Shown here: positions 30,101 to 38,443 of the stretch, piece after piece | Layout: each line of letters begins with the position of its first letter | Numbering within the stretch: position 1 is the stretch's first letter | DNA from: Armatimonadota bacterium | Lineage (GTDB): Bacteria > Armatimonadota > UBA5829 > DSUL01 | Assembly (NCBI GenBank): GCA_039811685.1 | Contig: JBDHZC010000002.1 | Coordinates: 256,001-320,000 of the forward strand | Direction: 5' to 3' | Length of the DNA stretch: 64,000 nt | Program-made: the position numbers and the translations under genes | The notes under the pieces: model-generated | What the model was told of the DNA's origin: nothing | What the model saw: only the letters and a program-made list of their open reading frames with translations | Databases searched by the model: none

Positions 30101-30329
30101 CGTTCCTGGGTACTGTGATGCGCTCGAAGTACTCTCCTTGCGCCACCCATATCTGCTCACCCTCCGGCGCAATGGCCAGAGCCGCCCCTATCGTGCGCCG
30201 GGCAGCTATCCAGGAAAGCCCGGACGCCGAATCATTACCCGTCTTTGACACGTAGATCGTGGCGTGGCAGGGTAGAATCAAGGTTGAGATGACGGCCACC
30301 GCCGGCAGAAGTCCTTTTCCCACGGTCAT
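27129..30329 (-). CDS. Large secreted parallel beta-helix (pectin lyase-like) repeat protein, two modules, with the shared C-terminal domain
   Basis: Signal peptide; duplicated IYVS..GNDS..G.SW / IWVA.GEY.E unit; GGGI and N-x-I-x-x-N repeats; SPC.DAG...D.DG..R......DIGADE twice. Confidence 0.85.
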   Translation of the reverse strand: MTVGKGLLPAVAVISTLILPCHATIYVSKTGNDSASGLSWIAARRTIGAALAIAPEGEQIWVAQGEYFERITVPRNVWIYGGFAGTETAILQRNIKLHPVVINGMASGSVVTIPPSAGSSRLDGFTLTNGYATSGGGIACAGATPVIANNTITGNFAGTGAGISINATSTVQVTGNTIVRNTSSALGGGGGIYCTGPMLVTNNVIRGNSSGSRGGGVWLSAASGLVANNVIDANSAANSGGGLSVDNCTAALSIVNNTVVANGTGVEGGGIALDRSQINLANNIIALNSSGIYRTISPGTPTLSHNCVYNPARYDYSGLAAAASDIASDPRLVSPARGEAHIQPDSPCKDAGSGVFIQPGWTDIDGQQRVIGGAVDIGADESDGVVRTFSPAVVRVAPFGTDSNSGVDWAHPKRTITAALAQIAVTGGDIWVASGEYIENLTVQQPYIHLFGGFAGSETAPSERPAGSPSPSVIDADSLATGVIFSAPGFETCTLDSFRVQNGMAVFGGGIYCLMSSPLINGCNITANTASYTGGGLFAYYSSPVIQNSVLSANYSGGAAGGIGMTFSTPAITGCRITNNGASGNGGGIVASETDPVISNCDISGNLATGSGAGVYCVSTGARIVDNIFSGNSSDGAGANGGAIAGVSFRGEITGNTVSGNGARSGGGIYLQSPASARLERNTVVSNTAGQGSGGGIYAAEGSLIIAGNLVANNTAATSGGGLYCAGGSANIVNNTLAQNAGAAALVLPASGAVANNIVALNSSGVSGNAGTTAVLRSNCVYNPGGVNYTDMAVPGTGDIQLNPIFVNPSVRDYHLAPGSPCIDTAWPQAPDIPASDLDGQARPQGSSVDIGSDEYVAVVAVSVESARMSSNGTAVNIPSAVVTAVFPEYFYIQSASRAAGLRVASMPQGLARGALVSVSGTVQTTPDQEKQVIASSVTVSGQGAAGSLVMRLETLGGADLAFSAVSGAGQSGVSGGFGLNNVGLLVRVCGRVVSAGQGVFYVSDGSSVQDISGQKGVRVLLESAALPVVGSTVVVTGISSCVLDQGEIQRVVRVQSAADIVALNP

Positions 30330-30540
30330 TCCCCTTTTGCGGATGAGAGACTGGAGAGGCCACACCAGCCAGAAACACCCGTTCACGCATGCTAAGACAT
30401 CCCTGCCCAAAAGTCCAGAGCAGGCGCGGCATTCAGAGGAGGCAGGCTGGCGGAGGGCATGAGTAGAAGAGGCAGGTGGGCCAGGGTTCTGTGTGAGAGG
30501 CTCCCGCGCCTGAGAGTGACATACGGAAGGCAGAGTTCAA

Positions 30541-31272
30541 ATGAAGTTGAGAGCCGTGTTGACCGCACTGAGCGTCCTGACAGCGTTAGTGATGACAGAC
30601 GTGTGGGCTGCGCCAGCGCCCGGACAGATTCCCGTTACCTGGAAAACGCTGAGTGCGCAAAAGAAAGGCCAGTGGACAGCAAAGATCGTCTATCCCAGAT
30701 TTGGTGGTGATAGTCCTCTGGCAATAACAGCTAACAAAACACTGGAAGAAGCGTCTCGAAAAGCGCTGGATGAGTTTCGAACAGAGGCGGAAGAGAACTT
30801 TGACTCCAGAACCGCAGTAGCGGCGTTTGAAACAGAAAGCCTCACTGTGCTCAGTGTGGCAACAGAGCAGATCATCAGTCTGTATATCCGGACCTATGAG
30901 TTTACGGGAGGCGCGCACCCGAACACCTTCTACCAGCCGATGACTTTTGGGTATGCAAACGGGAAAGCCAGCCGGTTGAAGTTGCAGGATCTGTTCAAGA
31001 AAGACGTCAACGCGCTGCAGATAGTTTCCGAGCTGGTCATTCCAAAGCTGCGCAGTCTCAACGCGTCTGCAGTCACCGATGGTGAGGTCACTGCGTTGAC
31101 GCCGCAAATGGCCGAGAGCTTTGTTGTCACTCCGAACGGACTGACGTTCCTGTTTGAGCCGTACGCGGTTGGCGCCTATGCCGAAGGCAGCTTTTTCGTG
31201 AAGATTCCCTTTGCGGACTTGCGAGCCAATCTGCTTCTCGGCGGCCCAGCGGATTTTCCATTGAAGGCGTAA
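30541..31272 (+). CDS. Secreted DUF3298/DUF4163 (RsiV/PdaC-like) protein
   Basis: Signal peptide; YEFTGGAHPN; L.L.DLF; FEPYAVGAYAEG. Confidence 0.85.
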   Translation: MKLRAVLTALSVLTALVMTDVWAAPAPGQIPVTWKTLSAQKKGQWTAKIVYPRFGGDSPLAITANKTLEEASRKALDEFRTEAEENFDSRTAVAAFETESLTVLSVATEQIISLYIRTYEFTGGAHPNTFYQPMTFGYANGKASRLKLQDLFKKDVNALQIVSELVIPKLRSLNASAVTDGEVTALTPQMAESFVVTPNGLTFLFEPYAVGAYAEGSFFVKIPFADLRANLLLGGPADFPLKA

Positions 31273-31325
31273 AGGCTCCAAGCTTACTGGATGCAGGTCA
31301 ACAGCGCGCCTGCAGAGCCGGGGAC

Positions 31326-32138
31326 TCAGGAATGCAGGCGAAGTGCGGACACAGCAACATCCGGACGGTCTGTGGCGAAAGATTGCACCCCAAGCTCCAC
31401 AAGCAGACGATAGACACCGGGATCGTGCCCGAGCTCGCCCATGGGAAACGCCTGAAACAAGATGCCTCTTTCACGCAATTCGTCCCCTGTGAGGCGCAGA
31501 AAATCCGGCTGAGGAGAGAACGCAGATGAGGAGCTGTTTTCAGGCCGCCGCACGTGAATCTGAAGCTGGGAGATCCCGGCAAAGCTCTGGGCGCGCGACT
31601 CCCGCAGACGCTCAGACAGATACTCCTCGGAACCACCGAGCCACAGCAGAGTCTTTGCGCCGGGCGCAACCAGAGACCAATCTCGAATCACGGCGTAATC
31701 CGTCGAGGCGACGATGCACTGTCTGAGCGCGCCCTTCGCCTGGCAAAGCGCAGCAAGCTCAGGAAGCGGCGCATGCTTGATGTCCAGATAGATCAGCCGA
31801 CCAGAGGACGCGCGAACTTCCTCGAGGACACTGGCAATGGAGGGCGTCTTCTGGCCGCGAAAGGACTCCCCCAGATACAGCCCGACATCCATGCAGGCGA
31901 CTTCCGGCCACGAAAGAGCTTCGACTCCCAAAGGCCGCCACTCATCCGGAATGCCAGTTGGGATGCGCTGACAGTTGGAGTCGTGAAACGCGACAAGCAC
32001 TCCGTCTGCGGTGGCGCGGACATCGGCCTCAGGAACGGTTCCCATTTCCCATGCCAGGCGGAACGATTCCAGAGTGTTCTCCGGTCCCAGGTCTCCAGCG
32101 CCCCGGTGAGACTGAATCAGCACGACATGCCGGCCCAT
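31326..32138 (-). CDS. Glycerophosphodiester phosphodiesterase family protein
   Basis: SHRGAGDLGPENTLESF, EADVRATADGVLVAFHD, FATDRP. Confidence 0.88.
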   Translation of the reverse strand: MGRHVVLIQSHRGAGDLGPENTLESFRLAWEMGTVPEADVRATADGVLVAFHDSNCQRIPTGIPDEWRPLGVEALSWPEVACMDVGLYLGESFRGQKTPSIASVLEEVRASSGRLIYLDIKHAPLPELAALCQAKGALRQCIVASTDYAVIRDWSLVAPGAKTLLWLGGSEEYLSERLRESRAQSFAGISQLQIHVRRPENSSSSAFSPQPDFLRLTGDELRERGILFQAFPMGELGHDPGVYRLLVELGVQSFATDRPDVAVSALRLHS

Positions 32139-32186
32139 TTCAGCGTCCCGGCCGCGGGAAGGCCGGGACGCCAGAGGTTGCGGTGC

Positions 32187-33356
32187 CTAGATCTCGGACG
32201 TGCTGACCCAGCGGCGCTCGCGAGATGAGCGCGTGACAGCTTCCAGCACTATCTGGCACTTCAGGCCATCCTCAAAGTCTGCGTGCGGGTTCTTCCGGGT
32301 CGCGATGCCCGTCATAAGCTCATACACCTGATGCGTGAACGTCTGCGCCCAGCCGATTATGTGCGCAGGCGGCCACCACGCGTGCATCCACGGATGAGAG
32401 CCTTCCGTCGTCTGAATTACCCGGAAGCCCTGGCGGTCGCCGGGGTCGCTGCGGTCAAAGTACTCCAGCTCGTTCAGACGCTCAACATTGAAACGGATCG
32501 AACCTTTGTCCCCGTTGATCTCGAAAGTGTTGCCATTGCGATGACCGGCGGCGAAGCGCGTCGCTTCAAACGTGCCCACAGCGCCATTCTTGAACTTCAC
32601 GAGGAAAAGGCTGGCGTCGTCAACGGTCACTTCGCCCTTCTCTGACGACCCGGCCGCCGTCAGGCCGCCGGTCGTTGCCGCCAGCTTCGGACGCTCTTTG
32701 ACGAAAGTCTCCTGATGCCCGACAACCTCGTCAATATCCCCCACGAGATAGTGTGCCAGATCGATCGAATGCGCCGCAAGGTCGCCGTGCGCTCCTGACC
32801 CGGCGACATCGCCCTGCAAACGCCAGACAAGCGGAAAGTCCGGGTCAATGATCCAGTCCTGAAGATAGAACCCTCGCCAGTGGAATATGCGCCCGATCTT
32901 TCCTTCGTCAATGAGCTGCTTTGCAAAGCGGATAGCGGGCACAGCGCGGTAGTTGAAGTTGACCATGTTGATAACGCCGGCCTTCTTGACGGCATTTACC
33001 ATTTCACGAGCCTGGGCAACATTCATCGCCAGGGGTTTTTCGCAGAAGATATGTTTGCCTGCCTCCGCTGCGGCTATGGCCATTTCGTGATGAACGTTGT
33101 TACCGGTTGCAATGTCAACCAGACCGATGTCGCTTCGCTGTACCAGGTTGCGCCAGTTTGTCTCGTACTCGTCCCAGCCAAATTGCTTCTGCGCCTCGGT
33201 GACACCCTTCTCATCGCGACCACAGATGACTTTCATGCGGGGTCTGGGCTTAACATCCGGAAAGTAGAAGGCGACATCCCGGAAGCCTTGACTGTGAGCC
33301 TTTCCCATGAACTTGTAACCTATCAGACCGACATTGATCTCTTCAGCCAATTCCAT
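32187..33356 (-). CDS. Gfo/Idh/MocA family oxidoreductase
   Basis: VGLIGYKFMGKAHS, CEKPLA, YLQDW, GDLAAHSID. Confidence 0.93.
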   Translation of the reverse strand: MELAEEINVGLIGYKFMGKAHSQGFRDVAFYFPDVKPRPRMKVICGRDEKGVTEAQKQFGWDEYETNWRNLVQRSDIGLVDIATGNNVHHEMAIAAAEAGKHIFCEKPLAMNVAQAREMVNAVKKAGVINMVNFNYRAVPAIRFAKQLIDEGKIGRIFHWRGFYLQDWIIDPDFPLVWRLQGDVAGSGAHGDLAAHSIDLAHYLVGDIDEVVGHQETFVKERPKLAATTGGLTAAGSSEKGEVTVDDASLFLVKFKNGAVGTFEATRFAAGHRNGNTFEINGDKGSIRFNVERLNELEYFDRSDPGDRQGFRVIQTTEGSHPWMHAWWPPAHIIGWAQTFTHQVYELMTGIATRKNPHADFEDGLKCQIVLEAVTRSSRERRWVSTSEI

Positions 33357-33504
33357 ACCTCCTCACTCCGGCCACACCGGAGACGCATAACCTCAAGTCT
33401 TTGGAATCCAACCACACCAGCGCCCTGTCAGCGCTGGCGCCGTGGAGAACTCTGTTGCACCTATTCCGACACAAAAGCCGCGACATCCTCCCTTGCCACA
33501 CGAA

Positions 33505-33536
33505 GAAGCCCGGCGTCAACGCGACCGCCGGGCTTC
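33505..33536 (-). terminator. GC-rich hairpin terminator after the foldase gene
   Basis: GAAGCCCGGCG / CGCCGGGCTTC 11-bp stem, 25 nt after the stop. Confidence 0.6.
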
Positions 33537-33560
33537 CTCCAGAACTTATCTGCCTGCGCT

Positions 33561-34784
33561 CTACTTGGTGGGAGCAGGCGGCGGTGGCGGCGGAGCCTCT
33601 GTCCCGCCGGAGCCGTTGCCAGTGGCCGGTTTGGGTTTTGGCGCTGGCGCAGGCTTGGGCGCGGGTGGCGGTGTGGGCGTCATAGCAGGCGCGGGCTTCG
33701 GGTTTTCTCCGACGTAGCGCGTTGTCTTCTTGACGCAGTCCTCTTTCACACGCAGATACCAGGCCGTCATCTCCGGACGCAGTTTTTCGTCTGTAATCCG
33801 CTTCGTCAACTCGGCCTTTTCGGCAGGCGTCGCGTCTTTGCCCAGCTTCTCCACCTGAATCAGGTGGTAGCCGTAGTTGGTCTTGACCGGTTCAGAGATA
33901 TCGCCGGGTTTCAGAGCAAACGCCGCGTTGTCAAAATCCGCAACCATAGTGCCGCGCTTGAACCACCCCAGGTCGCCGCCCTGCTGCTTACTGCCCGGAT
34001 CGTCCGAGTGCTCCTTGGCAAGCTCGTCAAACTTCGCTTTACCGGCCAGAATCTCCGCTTTCCAGTCCTCGAGCTTCTTCTTGTTGTCTTCTTCGCTCTT
34101 GGCTTTTTCTTCAGGCGTGTTGCCGGAAGTGCTGAGCAGAATGTGGCGCGCCTTGATGTACTGAGCCAGGTCCTGATCAGTCACCTTGATACTCTTGGCG
34201 GCAGCTTTTTCGACGTAGATATTTGTCTTCAGCTCATCCCGAAGCTGCTGATCTGTCAGGTTGTACTGGCTCTTGAACTGGTCGAAGGTCATGCCCTGCT
34301 GAGCCACACGGCCTTTCAGCTCATTCACCTTCTCGTCAATGTCAGCCTTGGTAATCTGCACACCCTGAGCCTGCGCGGCCTGCTGCACACAGGCCTTGTC
34401 AATGAGCTCGCTGGTGAGACTGACCGCGTAGCGCTGCCACGCGGCATTGTCCACCTGACCCTTGGTAATCTTCTGAGACCCGACTATCGCCACGACGGTC
34501 GAGGCAGGCGCGCTGGCTGTAATCGGCTTCTTCGGCGCAGGTGTAGCCGGTTTCGCTGCAGGCTTGGCGGCGGACTTTGCAGCCGGTTTTGCCGCAGGTT
34601 TGGCCTTCGGCTTGGCAGCAGGCTTGGAAGCTGCAGGTTTGGTGGTGGACTTGGCCGCCGGTTTGGCGGTTGTGGTCTTGGTCGCAGGCGTAGATGCCGC
34701 AGCCCAGACAGCGGTTTTAGTGGCTGGTAGCGAGGCGAGCCCCAGTGTCAACGCGGTCGCCATCCATAGAGATGCCCTACACAT
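33561..34784 (-). CDS. Parvulin-type peptidyl-prolyl isomerase/foldase (PrsA/SurA-like) with Ala/Lys/Pro-rich N-terminus and Pro-rich C-terminus
   Basis: [43 protein letters not shown]; start taken at MCRASLW, which gives a signal peptide. Confidence 0.9.
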   Translation of the reverse strand: MCRASLWMATALTLGLASLPATKTAVWAAASTPATKTTTAKPAAKSTTKPAASKPAAKPKAKPAAKPAAKSAAKPAAKPATPAPKKPITASAPASTVVAIVGSQKITKGQVDNAAWQRYAVSLTSELIDKACVQQAAQAQGVQITKADIDEKVNELKGRVAQQGMTFDQFKSQYNLTDQQLRDELKTNIYVEKAAAKSIKVTDQDLAQYIKARHILLSTSGNTPEEKAKSEEDNKKKLEDWKAEILAGKAKFDELAKEHSDDPGSKQQGGDLGWFKRGTMVADFDNAAFALKPGDISEPVKTNYGYHLIQVEKLGKDATPAEKAELTKRITDEKLRPEMTAWYLRVKEDCVKKTTRYVGENPKPAPAMTPTPPPAPKPAPAPKPKPATGNGSGGTEAPPPPPPAPTK

Positions 34785-35123
34785 AGGCGTAAACGTGCTC
34801 CTCTCTGAAGCAGACTTCAGGACTTTGTTGCGTAAGTCGCATAGTAGCTGATCAGTTGCGCATAGCGCGCAAAAGGCATAGGCTAGCCGCCCAACGCCAG
34901 ACAGCCGGACAGTATTATGCCCCACAAACCCGCCTTGTGCATAGTCTATAGCGGAATTTGGGATAATTCCTCGTGAAACCAGAGTCTGCTGATCGCGACG
35001 TGAGCGACACAAGCATTACGAACAGATATCCCGCGCCGGTTCCGGCAACCGCCAGCTTTGCGCTGGTGCTACAATACAGGCAGCTTCGAGTCCGTGGCCT
35101 CACTGCATAACACACCAGCCATC

Positions 35124-36272
35124 ATGAAAAAACGGGACAAAGCCATCATAGACAACTGGCGCGAGGAGATGCGGGCTGCGCAGACGTACGAGACTCTCGG
35201 TAAGGTAGAAAAGGACCCACACCGCAAAGCGCTCTTTCAAGAGCTGGCTGAGATGGAGAAGAAGCACGCCGGGATGTGGGCCCAGAGGATGGCGCAGCTT
35301 GGCATTCGCCAGCCGCCTCCGCCACCGGGACGCCGGGCCAAAGTGTACCGGCTCATGGCAAAGCATCTGGGACCGGTACGCATGCTGGAGCGCATTGAGA
35401 AGGATGAGCGCCATCACGCGCACGAGTTTCAGCGGCAACTCAAAGAGATTCACGAGGACGACGCCGTCATCCTAAGAGAGATCGCCCACGATGAGAAAGA
35501 CCTGACCAGACGGCTGCACCACGCTGTCTCGGAATCCAGGGAACAGGGCGAGCTCAACTACCTTCTTCACCGGGAGAAGTGGCACGTCAAAGGCGGAAGC
35601 TGGGTGGCGGACGCTATCTACGGAGTCAATGATGGGCTTGGCGCGGTGTTTGGCATCGTGAGCGGAATGGCCGGCTACACGGGAGGCAGCGGACTTGTGC
35701 TGGTTGCCGGTCTGGCCGGTATGCTGGCAAGCGCCCTCTCAATGGGCTCAAGCGCGTATCTGGCGGCCAAATCCGAAAAGGAAGTCATCGAGTCAGAGCT
35801 TGCTCGCGAGCGCGAGGAGATCCTCGAAGAACCCGAAGAAGAGCGCCGGGAACTGGAGCTGATCTACAAGCTGAAGGGTTTCTCAGATGAAGAGGTCGAT
35901 ATCCTCGTTGACCGCCTGAGCAAGAATCCCGAAGACATGCTCAGCACTCTGGCGCACGAGGAGCTGGGTATCTCCCACTCTTCCGCGCCGAATCCCTGGA
36001 CCAGCATGTTCTCATCTATGATCTCCACCGCTATTGGCGCCTCTGTCCCACTGATCCCGTTCTTCTTCACGACGGGCATGCCGGCTGTCGTCGCCGCTCT
36101 GGTAATCAGCCTGATGGCTCATTTCGCCGTAGGCGCGCTCAAGAGCCTCCTTACCACGCGCCACTGGTTTACCTCAGGCCTCGAGATGACCTCTGTCGGA
36201 GTCATTGTCTCAGTCGCCACCTACATCCTGGGAAGGCTGCTTGGACAGGCGGGGCTCCCTGGCGCAGGCTAG
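35124..36272 (+). CDS. Rubrerythrin/ferritin-like plus VIT1/CCC1 fusion (MbfA-like iron exporter)
   Basis: N-terminal E...Y...ELAEMEKKH; C-terminal DAIYGVNDGL, ALSMG, HEELG VIT1 motifs. Confidence 0.88.
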   Translation: MKKRDKAIIDNWREEMRAAQTYETLGKVEKDPHRKALFQELAEMEKKHAGMWAQRMAQLGIRQPPPPPGRRAKVYRLMAKHLGPVRMLERIEKDERHHAHEFQRQLKEIHEDDAVILREIAHDEKDLTRRLHHAVSESREQGELNYLLHREKWHVKGGSWVADAIYGVNDGLGAVFGIVSGMAGYTGGSGLVLVAGLAGMLASALSMGSSAYLAAKSEKEVIESELAREREEILEEPEEERRELELIYKLKGFSDEEVDILVDRLSKNPEDMLSTLAHEELGISHSSAPNPWTSMFSSMISTAIGASVPLIPFFFTTGMPAVVAALVISLMAHFAVGALKSLLTTRHWFTSGLEMTSVGVIVSVATYILGRLLGQAGLPGAG

Positions 36273-36453
36273 GGCAAAAGCCACGCAAATCTCTCACCGC
36301 CCTGTCCGGACCCGCTCCGAGCCTGTCACGCCGCTGCATCGAAACTACACCACTAACCTCACATCCCCACGAGAGAGGGAAAAATTCTTTTATCTTTTTT
36401 CACAGGTCTGTTGCACTGACAGGAATTGACAGTGTCAGCGCCTACACTGGAGA

Positions 36454-37025
36454 CGTGGGGGAAACAATCGGGCCAAACGACGCGCCTGGACCAGCCCATC
36501 GTGTCAGTTGTGGCCCCTGGCAGAAAGCCTCGACCTGCGCAACCCGTCTGCCACGTATGCAGATGGGACTCCCCCCACGCACGCAGCGGAGAGCCTCTGC
36601 GACTGGCGTCAGTCGTAAGCGTTACGGCCGAAGAGGAGCCGCAGCCTTTACCACTGAGTGTTGGAGGTGGAGCCTGGCACTGAGCGCAAGGGCTGCTCTT
36701 TATTCTTCGGCTCAGAGGTAGCGGGCTGACTGGCCGCGGCGCTGCCCGGATTCACAGCAGCGCACACGAGTGAGCGCCAGAGGCACAGCCTGAGATGTCC
36801 GGCAGGACGGTTGTCGCGCGGCAGGGGGCGGCGCCGCCCGCCGGGCGGCGGGGACGTGAAGCCGCCTGCGATGCGCTGAACGCCTGAAGTGTGCAGCCGC
36901 TATTTCGTGACTGGGCAAATGGCGCCACGAGCGCGTCTTGACCTGAGCGCGCGTTCACGTGTGGCACACCCGGCGATGCAACCGCACTCTGGAATGTCAC
37001 CAACGAGCGAGAGACGTTGCGGTGG
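36454..37025 (+). ncRNA. Candidate large structured non-coding RNA, family not recognised
   Basis: No credible ORF in a 765-nt gap between convergent genes; more than 10 nested helices whose wobble pairs are G-U on the + strand; TACACT at 36443-36448 just before helix 1. Confidence 0.55.
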
Positions 37026-37037
37026 GAGAAGAAAAGT

Positions 37038-38144
<1,107 letters not shown>

Positions 38145-38443
38145 TTGTTAAGCGATTCCTCCCATGATGGGCAGCGCTCCCGGCCTGGCAAGACGCCTCC
38201 GGGCCATCAAGAAGCGAGCAAAACGTACAACGCAGCGCAGTTTATCCGCGCAAGCGGCTTTCCGGGAATTATACGAAGCAGGCGCGCCTCGCGTCAATGG
38301 GCAGATTCCCATCCGCTCCCGCGCGTTGGGTTTGGACACCCTGGAGGCGCCCGCTATCACAGGTTCTGACACACTGCCATGGCTGACCGCGACACCTGCG
38401 CTTGAGCCGCGCCCGTGGAAGCCTGATGCATGGCGCCTGCTCC

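Noticed and set aside
32880..34730. 616-aa + strand ORF
   Set aside because: Antisense shadow of the oxidoreductase and foldase genes, an artefact of GC-rich codon bias
34953..34970. GGAATT-n6-AATTCC palindrome between the foldase and VIT1-fusion genes as an iron-regulator box
   Set aside because: Short 6-bp arms, ~150 nt from the gene, and no match to a consensus I can name; could be chance
36426..36721. Short ORFs of 85 and 88 aa over the candidate ncRNA
   Set aside because: TTG/GTG starts without an RBS and no protein-like composition or motif; the RNA helix pattern explains the region better
36454..37025. Identification of the large RNA as RNase P, tmRNA, SRP, a group II intron or a c-di-GMP-II riboswitch
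   Set aside because: No GAGGAAAGUCC, no tRNA-like ..CCACCA end, no SRP UCAGG..GGAAG..AGCAG and no domain V helix found by eye. GGAAACAAT and GCAACC resemble c-di-GMP-II only loosely and no gene follows on the + strand.
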